The notes under the pieces are model-generated. The model was given only the letters and a program-made list of their open reading frames with translations. It had not been told where the DNA came from and made no database searches. The position numbers and the translations under genes are program-made. This document shows positions 1-13,269 of a DNA stretch of 64,000 bases, piece after piece; the first letter of the stretch is position 1; every line of letters begins with the position of its first letter. Origin of the DNA: Neocallimastix sp. 'constans' (taxonomy: Eukaryota). Where the stretch lies: positions 62,001-126,000 of the forward strand of contig JBODTK010000010.1 in the NCBI GenBank assembly GCA_050613775.1. Direction: 5' to 3'.

Positions 1-1
1 A

Positions 2-1381
2 ATTGGTCACTATTCACAAATTGTTCGTGCCAGCAATACTAAAGTTGGTTGTGGTTACAACTACTGTAAAAAGGCTAATAGACAATTATTAGTTTGTAAA
101 TATGACGTAGGTAATATTTTAAATACTGAAGTCTATGCACTACCAAAGAAAGCTGCCACTGCTAAAAAGGGAACTACTACAATTAAAAAAACTACTACTG
201 TCCAAAAGAAGCCAGCCAATAGTTCTATTTCTACCAATGGTAAATGTGGTAAAGAAAACGGTAATACCAAATGTCCAAATAACGAATGTTGTAGTCAATA
301 CGGTTACTGTGGTACTACCAAGGCTTACTGTGATACCGGATGTCAATCTGCATTTGGTCGTTGCAATGCAAGTAACGCAACTAATGCAACTAAACCAACT
401 ACTACTGTTGCTGCTGTCGTTCCAACTACTTCAAGCCAAAAAATTTCAACTGATGGTAAGTGTGGTAAAAAAAATGGAAATACCAAATGTCCAAACAATG
501 AGTGTTGTAGTCAATACGGTTACTGTGGTACTACCAAGGCTTACTGTGATACCGGATGTCAATCTGAATTTGGTCGTTGTAACGCAAATAATCAAACTAA
601 ACCAACTACTACTGTTGCTGCTGTTGTTCCAACGACTTCAAGCCAAAAAATTTCAACCAATGGTAAATGTGGTAAAGAAAACGGTAATACCAAATGTCCA
701 AATAACGAATGTTGTAGTCAATACGGTTACTGTGGTACTACCAAGGCTTACTGTGATACCGGATGTCAATCTGCATTTGGTCGTTGCAATGCAAGTAACG
801 CAACTAATGCAACTAAACCAACTACTACTGTTGCTGCTGTCGTTCCAACTACTTCAAGCCAAAAAATTTCAACTGATGGTAAGTGTGGTAAAGAAAATGG
901 AAATACCAAATGTCCAAATAACGAATGTTGTAGTCAATACGGTTACTGTGGTACTACTAAAGCTTACTGTGGTACCGGATGTCAATCTGAATTTGGTCGT
1001 TGTAACGCAAGTAACGCGAATAATCAAACTAAACCAACTACTACTGTTGCTGCTGTTGTTCCAACGACTTCAAGTCAAAAAATTTCTACTGATGGTAAGT
1101 GTGGTAAAGAAAATGGAAATACCAAATGTCCAAACAATGAATGTTGTAGTCAATACGGTTACTGTGGTACTACCAATGGCTACTGTGGTGCCGGATGTCA
1201 ATCTGAGTTTGGTCAATGTGGAAATTCAGATGAAACCATTCCTATTGAAGATGATAGAGAATGTGGTGAAGGTATTGGTAGTTGTGGAAAAGGCTTTTGC
1301 TGTAGTGAATATGGCTATTGTGGTTCAACTATCGATTATTGTGGTACAGGTTGCCAAATTGGATTTGGTAATTGTAATTAA
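2..1381 (+). CDS. 5'-truncated CAP/SCP/PR-1 domain protein with six C-terminal CBM18 (hevein-like chitin-binding) domains
   Basis: Frame +2 is open from the window edge to TAA 1379-1381. It reads IGHYSQIVRASNTKVGCGYNYCKKANRQLLVCKYDVGN (CAP C-terminal motifs GHxTQ/VGC/VCxY..GN), a K/T linker, five CGKxNGNTKCPNNECCSQYGYCGTTxxYCxxGCQSxFGxC units, and a divergent sixth (CGEGIGSCGKGFCCSEYGYCG...). The ORF-track call 135..1469 is the wrong frame. Confidence 0.92.
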   Translation: MGHYSQIVRASNTKVGCGYNYCKKANRQLLVCKYDVGNILNTEVYALPKKAATAKKGTTTIKKTTTVQKKPANSSISTNGKCGKENGNTKCPNNECCSQYGYCGTTKAYCDTGCQSAFGRCNASNATNATKPTTTVAAVVPTTSSQKISTDGKCGKKNGNTKCPNNECCSQYGYCGTTKAYCDTGCQSEFGRCNANNQTKPTTTVAAVVPTTSSQKISTNGKCGKENGNTKCPNNECCSQYGYCGTTKAYCDTGCQSAFGRCNASNATNATKPTTTVAAVVPTTSSQKISTDGKCGKENGNTKCPNNECCSQYGYCGTTKAYCGTGCQSEFGRCNASNANNQTKPTTTVAAVVPTTSSQKISTDGKCGKENGNTKCPNNECCSQYGYCGTTNGYCGAGCQSEFGQCGNSDETIPIEDDRECGEGIGSCGKGFCCSEYGYCGSTIDYCGTGCQIGFGNCN

Positions 1382-1397
1382 ATATATTGACCTAAAA

Positions 1398-1430
<33 letters not shown>

Positions 1431-1804
1431 CATAAAGGTCAAATTATATTTAATTATAGGAATAGTTAAAATTCTTTTTCAAATTTTGACTATAAAAATT
1501 TCATTTTTCATTTTTTTTTTTAAAAAAAAAAAAAAAAATTAAGAAATATTTACTATTAAATTGTATATTATATTATCAAGGATAATATTTTTTTCCACTT
1601 TTTTAAATATTTTTTTTTTTCTTTATTTTGATATATTTAATTTTTTTAAAAAAAAAAAAAAATATTTAAAAAAAATATTCAAAAATATTATAACTTTATA
1701 AAGTTATTAATATATTTGATTAATATAATATAATATGTTTGATACATATAAAATGAATCAAAGTACAAAAAATATGTAAATAATATTTTATTGTATTATT
1801 AATC

Positions 1805-1836
<32 letters not shown>

Positions 1837-1844
1837 ATATTATG

Positions 1845-1893
<49 letters not shown>

Positions 1894-2325
1894 TAGTTTG
1901 TAAGTAATTATAATTTTTAAATATTTGTAAAAATATTTCTAAAAATAATTTGTTGATATTCAAATTATTAATTAAATAACTAATCCAAAGATATAATTAA
2001 TTACTGTAAAATAAAAAAACTTATATTAATACACGTATATATAAATATTAAAAAAATAATAATATAATATAAAATATAAAAAAATTAATATAATATTAAA
2101 AAAAATAATAGTATAATATAAAAAAATATATATATATATAATAATATATTAAAAAAAATTAATACTATAAAGAATATTTAAATATAAAATAAATATAATA
2201 TAAAAAATATAAAAATTAAAAAAAGGTAGTATAAAAAAATATAAAAATTAAAAAAGAGTAGTATAAAAAAATATAAAAATTAAAAAAGTAGTTTAAAAAA
2301 TATAAAAATTTAAAATAATTGTATA

Positions 2326-2370
<45 letters not shown>

Positions 2371-3141
2371 ATTACAAATAATAATTATAAAAGTATTAAA
2401 AAGAAATAAAAAAAAAAATTGTATTAAAAGTTATTCACATTTTCTTTCATGTATAAATCTATTTATAAATATTTATAAAATTTGTGTTGTGGTTTAATTT
2501 AATTGAAGTAGATAAGAATAATGGAATAATGGAAGTATTTTCTAATTCTTAAAAAAAAATTATTATGATTATTTACATCATCAAATTAATTTATAATACA
2601 AATAGTAGATAGCAATCTATCTCATTATTTTTTCTTCCTGTATAATTTTTTTGTTTTATAAAAATTTTTAAAATTGAAAATTAAAAAAATAAAAAAAAAA
2701 AAAGATTTTTTTTAATTAAAATTTCATTTTAATAATTGGTTAAAAAAAAAGAAACATAGAACATTCTAAAAATTTATACATCTCTACATTTTATATTATT
2801 AATATGTGGAAGAAAAAGAAAAGAAAATAAGAAAACAATTTTTTTTATTTTGAAAATAATTAAAAAAAAAATTGAAAACATTTTCTTTACATTTAACATA
2901 GTATATATATATATATTATATGATATTGTTTTTTATATATAATTGCATTTATATATATATTATTTACATTTTTATATTTATTATTTGCATTTTTATATTT
3001 AATTTTTTAATTTTTAATATTTAATTACATAGATAAACAATAATAATATGAAAGAAAAAATAAATAATTAACAAAAAAAAATAAAAATAATAATAAACAA
3101 AAAAAGTTTAAAAAAAAAATAATAATAATAATAATAAACCA

Positions 3142-3178
<37 letters not shown>

Positions 3179-3262
3179 ATTGAATATATATTTTTTTCTA
3201 ATAATTATTTTATAATAATCATAAATGGATATTATTTACAATATTAATTAAAGTCAAAAAAT

Positions 3263-3305
<43 letters not shown>

Positions 3306-3539
3306 ACAATATCCCTCTCGTACGAATTTTATTAAAAAGATTGATCATCCTGGTTCAATAAAAATTTTATTATTAGGTAATTAAATAATTTAACTATAAA
3401 AACAATATATATATATATATGTTTTTTACTATTAAATATTTAATTATTAAAGAATCCAAAATAAAGATTAAAAAAAAAAAAAACTTAAAGCTTGAATCAC
3501 TATAATTTTATTATATATTTTTAATAGTCAATATTTAAT

Positions 3540-3575
<36 letters not shown>

Positions 3576-4280
3576 AAAAATGTTATGGTGTATATTAAAA
3601 AGGGAAATTATTTCCATAAATTTTGATGATTTATAGTTAAAATAATAAGTAAATAGAAAATACCTTCCTTCGTCAAATATATATTTGAATGACAAAAAGA
3701 CATAAATTTCTTTAAATCATGTATTATATTTATATATATATATACACATATAATAAACTTTTTTTTTTTTTTTTGTGTTATTTATATTAAATATATTGTT
3801 AATTAATTTATAAAATCAATCAATAAAGAATCATTTTAGCAGTAAAAATTTAATGTAGAAAAAATATATATAGATATATAGATATAGATTTTTATATTAA
3901 ATGTATATCTTTTTCTTTTCTTTTATAATAAATAATATGATATTATATGGTATAATATAAATATTTCAAACTTTTTTATCTTTTATATATATATATATAA
4001 TGTAATTATATTTATTTAATAAATACCATTAATGCAATTAATTTCAATAAATATTATTAAATATAGTTTAACCTACTACTAATAAATATTATAATAACTT
4101 ACCTATACTATTAAAAACATTTAAAGTAATATAAATTATTATCAATTACTAATTCTATATAATTTAATTAATAATTTTTATTTTATTTCTAAAATTAGTA
4201 ATGTAAAGGTCAAGTTAAAGATTTTTTTATCTATTTTAAAATACAAATTTATTATTCAAGGTCCTTTTAAATAATTAAAT

Positions 4281-4400
4281 TATTTTTTATATATTTAAAA
4301 TTCTTTAAAGTCCAATATCTCGCGTTCTAGTGATTCAAATTATTTTTTATATATTTAAAATTCTTTAAAGTCCAATATCTTGCGTTCTAGTGATTCAAAT
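4281..4400. repeat. 60-bp tandem duplication (2 copies)
   Basis: tattttttatatatttaaaattctttaaagtccaatatct(c/t)gcgttctagtgattcaaat occurs at 4281-4340 and 4341-4400 with one mismatch. Confidence 0.9.
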
Positions 4401-4547
4401 GAGTTAAAATTGATATATGTTATAGATGTCGATCGAAGCTTTTTACTGAATTTAATGAATGTAGTAATTGTAATTTTATCAGGAAATTTCAATTTCCATT
4501 ATTTGACGAGTTATTGCTATTTATCTTCAATTTTTTTGGGGGGGATC

Positions 4548-4920
4548 GTGTATTTCTCAATCGTACATTTCGTAATGTGGCTTATAATATTTATTAAATA
4601 AAGCCATACATTTTAAGATATTCTATACAATCATAAATAAATATATAAATAATTATTATTTTAAACGAAATAATAATATATTTTTTTAATTAAATATTAT
4701 TAAAAAAACTATTTCCAAAGAAATAATAATATATTCTATTAAAAAAGAATTATAAAAAATTATTTTTATAATTGAATATTAATAAATTATATATATAAAA
4801 AAATAATATTTATTATTTATTTAATTATTATTTATTTAATTATTATTTATTTGATGATTAAAAAGGCAAGCCATATACATAAATACGCCACATTGCGAAA
4901 TGCACGATTGAGAAAAGCAC
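4548..4920. mobile_element. MITE-like non-autonomous DNA element, ~373 bp, with 34-bp terminal inverted repeats
   Basis: 4548-4581 (gtgtatttctcaatcgtacatttcgtaatgtggc) matches the reverse complement of 4887-4920 (gtgcttttctcaatcgtgcatttcgcaatgtggc) at 30/34. The interior is AT-rich and non-coding. No clear TSD. Confidence 0.75.
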
Positions 4921-5208
4921 TAGATTCACTAGATTCGTAGCATAAGTATCGCTATGGATTAGGCTATACAGTCCTCCTCCTCCTCAAGTTTCAAAAAGAG
5001 AAAGATTAGGAGCATGGATGGAGAAGCACTCCAAAGAAATGGTGTACTCTATGGGAAAAATAAAAAAAAAAAAAAAAAAAAAAAAAATTTTTTTTTTTTT
5101 TTCAGTAATAATATGTGTGTTCGATGTCAGAGTATCGATCATGGTGACTGACAACACGGACCTAAGTAAGGTCCATCCAGTTCAGTCCAGTAGGGAACAA
5201 TTCTGTCT

Positions 5209-5249
<41 letters not shown>

Positions 5250-5477
5250 GTGATGACTACTTCCGTATATTCCCTTGCAAAAGGGCGGTATGTACCTGGA
5301 AAATAAATGAATAAATAAATAAATAAAAAAATTTACTTAAAATAAAATAATTAAATTTAAATAATAAAAAAATAAATAATATATAAAAATTAAATATAAA
5401 GAATAAATAATGATATAAATATTTTATTTTCCAATGTATATAACAAATAAAATATTTTCTTAATTATACTTTATAAC

Positions 5478-5525
<48 letters not shown>

Positions 5526-5662
5526 ATAATACAAAATTATTCAGAATAATTAATATTAATTAAATAAAATAATTAGATATTAATAGTAAACAATTAAATA
5601 AAATATTTTACTTTTTTTTTTAAGTATTAAAAAATAAAATATATTCTTAATAAATAATTTAT

Positions 5663-5709
<47 letters not shown>

Positions 5710-6219
5710 AATTAATTTATTCATAATAAATAAATATAACTATTATATATAATTTTAAACCATAGTAGATATAATTAAATAAATAAAAAAAAAAGATAAT
5801 TCTAAAGTATATAGATGTACTGAATATAAAACTTTAAATAAATATAAATTATTTTTTTTTTTTTTTTTTTTTTTTATTATTATTATTATTTTAAAATGAT
5901 TAAGATATAAAATTTTAAACTATGAAAAATTTAGTTTATAATATCATTATCCTGAAAAATAGAATTTGAGGTTATCTATATCAATGGCGAAACATAAAAA
6001 TTAAAGATGATCCTAGAAAAAGCTCAATTCTTTTGGGTATAAAGCCTAAGCCTATCTTTAATGAAGTTTCTTTTTAAGAAATGGGATTTTCTATGTCCTG
6101 AATATAATACAAGAAGATCTCAAATAACAATTAAATCCTGATATAGCTACAGTGAATGAAATTCCTGACCTATCAGAATATTATAAAACTAAAAAAGAGG
6201 TGAGGATTTAATGATATTC

Positions 6220-6261
<42 letters not shown>

Positions 6262-6445
6262 AAATTTTAATTTAATAATTTTTCAATTCCCATTCCAAGC
6301 AGAACTATCTACACATTTTAGTAAAGATATATTTGCCCGACGGTCCATTCTATGTAGCCATCAAAAAATTTAGTTATCATGTATTTATAAAAAGAACCTA
6401 TCTTCCAGAATTAAATAGGCTTAATATTATTTCTATTTCTATTTC

Positions 6446-6733
<288 letters not shown>

Positions 6734-6774
6734 AGGAATAAGCTATTTATAAAGTATTATTTATAGAAAATAAT

Positions 6775-7083
6775 AGAGTGTCAACGCTGAAAATGCAGTA
6801 AGACAGGCTAGCAGGGCCAATGCCTCTGAAGGAGATGACCATAATTTCTTTCAGATTTAATCAATTCAAACCCTAATCCAGAAATAAGAAAGTAATATGG
6901 AGGTGAGGTTTGTTGCCTAAGAACTTTTTTTTTTTTCTTTTTTTTTTTTTAACGAAATTATTTATACACTTTATTTTTGAGTATTACTTTTTTATTTCAT
7001 ATGTTAACTATTTTAAATATTATTTATGTTTCTCAATTGAACAAATAATAATTTATTTTTTTTTATTATTATTATTAATTCTG

Positions 7084-7114
<31 letters not shown>

Positions 7115-7216
7115 TTTATTTTATTTATTTATTTATTTAAAAAATAAAAAATATTTATATTATGAATAAATGAATAAATAAATAAAAATTAAAAGTTCGC
7201 AATAATTGCGACTGTA
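6775..7216. mobile_element. Dispersed repeat, short copy (related to 21819-23897)
   Basis: gctgaaaatgcagtaagacaggctagcagggccaatgcctc...tggaggtgaggtttgttgcctaagaac...tacactttatttttgagtattac aligns by eye with 21820-22120. Its end, aaagttcgcaataattgcgactgta, aligns with aaaattcacaataattgcctccgta at ~23873-23897. Confidence 0.65.
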
Positions 7217-7351
7217 AAAAAAAAAAAAATTATGTGATAATGAAATGAACATTAAAAAAAAGAAAAAATTATGTTATAATGAATTGAACAATGAAAAAAA
7301 AATAATATTAATTTATATTTATCTATGGATTATAAAACTATTTTGAACTTT

Positions 7352-7401
<50 letters not shown>

Positions 7402-7482
7402 TAAAAATAAAAATAAAATAAATAAAAAAAAAATAAAATGAAAAAAAAAAAATAAAAAATAAAAAAAAAATAAAAATTAAAT

Positions 7483-8142
7483 ATAAAAATTATAACAATT
7501 TTCTGGAATCTTTAAAATATTTTAAAAATAACTTTTTTTTTTGTATTTAAAGATGACACAGATAATTAGAATTAAGTTAATAAAATGGAACATACAGCAA
7601 ATAATATAATATAATCTTTTTTTTTTTAATAATTATTTAAATAATCCTTTTTCAAAAAAAAAATCCTTAACTTATATAACTTATAATGATAATCTAAAAA
7701 GAATTAATGAAATTTTAAAAAAAAAAGAAAAAGAAAAAAAAAAATAAAATGAAAAAAAAAAAATAAAATAAAAAATAAAAAAAAAAATAAAAATTAAATA
7801 TAAAAATTATAACAATTTTCTGGAATCTTTAAAATATTTTAAAAATAACTTTTTTTTTGTATTTAAAGATGACACAGATAATTAGAATTAAGTTAATAAA
7901 ATGGAACATACAGCAAATAATATAATATAATCTTTTTTTTTTTAATAATTATTTAAATAATCCTTTTTCAAAAAAAAAATCCTTAACTTATATAACTTAT
8001 AATGATAATCTAAAAAGAATTAATGAAATTTTAAAAAAAAAAAAGAAAAAAAAAAAATTTTCTCTTTCCTAATGCCAATATCAAATATTGTGTTTTGATA
8101 TTATAAAAGATCATTGAAAAAAATAATAATAAAAATAAAAAT

Positions 8143-8173
<31 letters not shown>

Positions 8174-8219
8174 TAAAAATAAAAATAAAAGAATTTAAAT
8201 TATAATGAAGTGATTAATG

Positions 8220-8272
<53 letters not shown>

Positions 8273-8930
8273 GATTAGATATAAATTTAATATTTATATT
8301 AAAAAAAATAAAAGTATTTTTCAAAAAAAAAAATAAAATAAAATAAATAAAATAAAATAAAAAATAAAATAAAATAAAATAAAATAAAAATAAAATAAAA
8401 TAAAAAAAAAATAAAAAATAAAAAAAATAAAAATAAAAATAAAAATAAAAATAAAAATAAAAATAAAAATTAAAATTAAAATTAAAATAAAAATAAAATA
8501 AAAATAAAAAAAATTAAATTATAATGAAGTGATTAATAAAAAAAAAAGAAAAAGAAAAAAAAAAAAAAAAACCTTGATTAGATATAAATTTAATATTTAT
8601 ATTAAAAAAAATAAGATAAAATGAAAAAAAAATAAAAAAAAAAAAATAAAATAAAAATAAAATAAAATAAAAATAAAAATAAAAATTAAATATAAAAATT
8701 ATAACAATTTTCTGGAATCTTTAAAATATTTTAAAAATAACTTTTTTTTGTACTTAAAGATGACACAGATAATTAGAATTAATTAATAAAATGAAATATA
8801 CAGCCAATAATATAATATAATTTTTTGTTAATAATTACTTAAATAATTCTTTTTCAAAAAAAAAAAAAAAAAAATCCTTAATTTATAACTTATAATGATA
8901 ATCTAAAAAGAATTAATGAAATTTTAAAAA
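7483..8930. repeat. Local segmental triplication of a ~240-bp unit plus a second duplicated ~110-bp unit
   Basis: ataacaattttctggaatctttaaaatat...agatgacacagataattagaatt...ttataatgataatctaaaaagaattaatg occurs at ~7483-7720, ~7799-8040 and ~8692-8930. ataatgaagtgattaat...ccttgattagatataaattt occurs at ~8200-8310 and ~8520-8610. Confidence 0.88.
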
Positions 8931-9090
8931 AAAAAAAAAAAAAAAAAAGGAAGGAATAATTAGAAGAACTGATGAAATTGATATTTTAATTAAAAAAAAG
9001 ATTATAGATCTATGGAAAAATAATTAATTTAGTAATGGTTGTAATGGAAATAATATTGTTAAATTATGGTATAATTATTTAATTGATTTA

Positions 9091-9127
<37 letters not shown>

Positions 9128-9486
9128 TGCCAATTTATTATCAATTAATATTTTTCTAATCTTTTATAAATTAAAGATTATTCAATGAAACTAGTTTTAA
9201 TAGAAATTTTTTTTTTTAGTTATTTTTTTATTAAATCCTATTCCAGTTAGCGTTGGTTCAAATTTTATATACTATCAACAATAATAGTAAAAATTTTTTA
9301 TTGATATTATATTATTAATAATTTATTACATTTAATATCAAAATCCCAGGCTTCCAAAATTTTATTAATAATGGATGTTATTAAAAAGAATAAAGTCTTT
9401 AAAAAAAAAAAAAAAAAAAAAATTTTTTTTTTTATTTTAATAAAATTTTAGTTGTAACTATTTAACATTTTAGTAATAAAATAAAG

Positions 9487-9532
<46 letters not shown>

Positions 9533-12500
9533 ATTATATTTTTAGTTGTTACCTATTAATTAAAAGATATTAAAATAAATAATAATATTAAAAATAAAAA
9601 TAAAAAATAAAAAATAAAAAAAACTTTCGAACCATAAATCATAATCATTATATATACTTATTTTTAACCCTAATATATTATTAATATATCTATCTATAAA
9701 TAATAATTATCAAGTTTTTAATTAGTTCAAAAATTCTTTCGTTAATTCCTATGATATAAAAATTACTATTATTCAAATAATTAAATAATTATACATGGTA
9801 AATTATATTTTATAAATTATCTTTTTTTTTTATTTTTTTAATTTTTTTTTTTTATTTTAAATTAAATATTAATAATTTAGTTTTTTTTTTTTTTTTTTTT
9901 TTCAATTTAGAATGTCTAAAATGTTATTGGTTATTACTTTATTTATATTTATTTTATATAATTATTTTAATTATTTTATTTATTTTAATTATTTTATTTA
10001 TTAATTATTATAATAATTATTATAATTATAATTATTTTAGTTCTATATTAAAAAATGATAAACGGCACACTTTAAAAGATATCTACATTATTTTTTATGG
10101 AAAATTTTTAATTAACTTTTTTTTATAAAAGATTTTATAAAAGATAATATATGGAAAATTTTTAATTACTTTTTTTTTATATATAATTATTTATTTTCTT
10201 TTTATAAAAAATTAATATTTAATTTTAATAATTTTTAAATAATTATTTTTATTAAAATGAGTTAAAACTTATTAATTATGATAATAATATATATAAAAAA
10301 AAAAATAAATAAATAAAAAAGTATAATTTAATAATAATTACAAGTATTATCAATCTATTTCCAATTATTTAATAATAGTATAACATATAGAGAATTATAA
10401 TCAAATTCATAAAATATATGAAATATGTAAATGAAATAAATAAACAAAAATATAATTAAAATAATTGAAAGAAAAAGTTTTTGTTTTTGTTTATTTTTAT
10501 TTTTATTTTTTTTATTTACTTTTTATAAATAAAAAAAAAATTTAAATAATACATAAAAATAGCATTACATATTAGTATTTTATATAGTGTATAATAAATT
10601 TTTTGCTATAAATATTATAAAATAAAAAATAGGTTTAAACAATTAATTATTATTATTCACCTATGTATATACCTTTTTCTTTTTTATATGTAATTAAATA
10701 AACATAAAAAATAAAAATTTATATACATATATATTTTTATCACTAATTAAATTATAGAATTAATTATATAAACATGAAAGAAAAGAAAAGAAAAAAGTAA
10801 TAAAAGTTTATCAAAATAAATATACTAAGTAGAATATTAATCATTCCATATATAAAATATAAAATTAATTTATAATATACAATAATTCAACTCTTTCATT
10901 AATATTTTTAAAAAAATGACATTATTATCTTTTTTTTTTAATTGTTAAAAATAATAAATATATATTTATATATATATTAATTTATTAAATTTTATATTTT
11001 AAGGAGTTACTCTATTAAATTTTATAAAACAAACAAACAAAAAATAAATAAATAAATATTCATATATATAGAATATTAGAGTAAAAATGAATAGAAAAAT
11101 TCATAATTAAAATTTATATATTAATTTTAGTGAAAAAAAAAAAGGATTAACAGTTTATTTCAAACAGCATATGTTTGTGTTTCATTAATTATTATTATTA
11201 TTTTTTTTTAAAAAAAAAAGGGAAATTGAAATTGAACATAATTAATTTTCTATTTCATTTTTATTTCATTTTTATTTCATTTTTAATTTTAATTTTTATT
11301 TTTATTTTTTTTATATATAAAAAAAAAATAATAATAATAATAAAAGAAAAGAAAAGAATATAATCTTATTTATTTTTATATGATTTTTTCTTCTTAAAAA
11401 AGATATATATATATATTAAATAAGTTTAACAGGAAAATATATTAAATAGCATAATTTTAATTATAATTAAAAAATTGAATTAACGGATTTTTTATTTATT
11501 TTATTTTATTTTATTTATTTTTTTTTTTTTTTATTTAATTTTTAATTTTTAATCTTTTATTTATTTATTTATTTGTCTAAGATAAGTATTATATTACATT
11601 ATAATATCATAATTTAAATCATTTAAACATAATAATGTATAATTTTTATTTTATTCTTATATTTAACAATAATTTATTTGGTTTATTTATTGTTTTAGTG
11701 TAAAGTTATTGTTGATAATCAAATAATTTTAATTTTTTTTAAAAATAGTACATGAATAAAAAACAAAACAAAAACAAACAAACAAACAAGAAAAAAAAAA
11801 AAGAAAGGAAAGGATTTAATTATTGATATAAATCAGAATATATATGTTTAAAATCATTAATAAAATGTTGATAAATATTTATAAAATTTAAAATAAAGAT
11901 TATTTGATTTAAATCATTAAGAATAAAATCAAAATTATTAAGAAATAAATCACAATAATTTAAGTATTATAAACAGAAAATATTAAAGGAATACTAAATA
12001 TATATATATATATATATATATTTTAAAAAAAGAAAGTATTTATTCTTCAATAATTCGATTATTAATATTTAATAAAAAAAAAAATTGTTCATACTAAAAA
12101 AGTTTTATGTTTTTATATTAAATCTCACCAATTATATTTACTATTTAATTATTTATTATTTAATTATTTAATTATTTATTATTTGTTATCTATTAATTAT
12201 TATTTATTATTTATTAATTATTATTTATAAAGTTCTATCATTATTTAATTATTTATTATTTAATTATTTATTATATATTATTTATTACTAATTATTTATT
12301 ATTTATTATTTATTATTATTTTTTTTTTATCATAATTTAATATATAATATATAATATATATTAATTTCATTTTATTTTCATATTAAATTTATTTTATTTT
12401 CATTTTTTTTTGTTTTATTTTTATTTTGTTTTGTTTTATTTTTATTTTTAAGTTATTTTTATTTTTATATTTTATAGATTAAATTAATCTAAAATTTTAT

Positions 12501-13220
12501 TTATTGTCTTTTTTTTTTTCATTTAATATTATAGTTTTGTATGTTTGCTGCGGAAAGATATCGGAGTCATTCAAAAGAGTGACAAAAAACTTTCAAAAAA
12601 AAAAAATTTTTTTTTTTTTTTTCATTTTCTCATTTTCATATTCAATTCATTCATTAACTATATTAATTAATTAATTAATTCATCTTATTTTTAATTTATA
12701 ATTTATTTATCTATTTATAATTTATTTTTCATATGAACAGTAATAATTAATAAATTTTAACTTTTTTTTCTTTTTTTTTAAATAAAAATTAAATAAAAAT
12801 AAAAATAATAAACATTTTAAAATATATATATATATATATTAATATATATATTCATATTTATGAATATTTATTAAATTTTACCATTTCATATATTTATATA
12901 AAACGAATAATTATAACAAAATATTTTTTTTTTTTAATTATAAACTTTACACATATTTTTTTTTCCAAAGTAAACAATAATAATATTACAAAAATATTGA
13001 TAAATAATAATAATTAATAAAAAAAAAAAAAAATGGTGTGTAAATAATGATTAATATGAATACAATCTCAGCCTTGTTAGTCATTAATAAATTTACTTTA
13101 TATGTAATTAGAAATTCTATAAACCATTGAATTAAATAAAAAATAAATAAAATAAATTATTTTCAATCATACAAGTTTTATATACAAAATATTATATTTT
13201 ACATATTTTAATATATTTTA

Positions 13221-13269
<49 letters not shown>

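Noticed and set aside
135..1469. 444-aa ORF from the track
   Set aside because: Shadow frame of the CAP-CBM18 gene. The real frame is +2 (2..1381).
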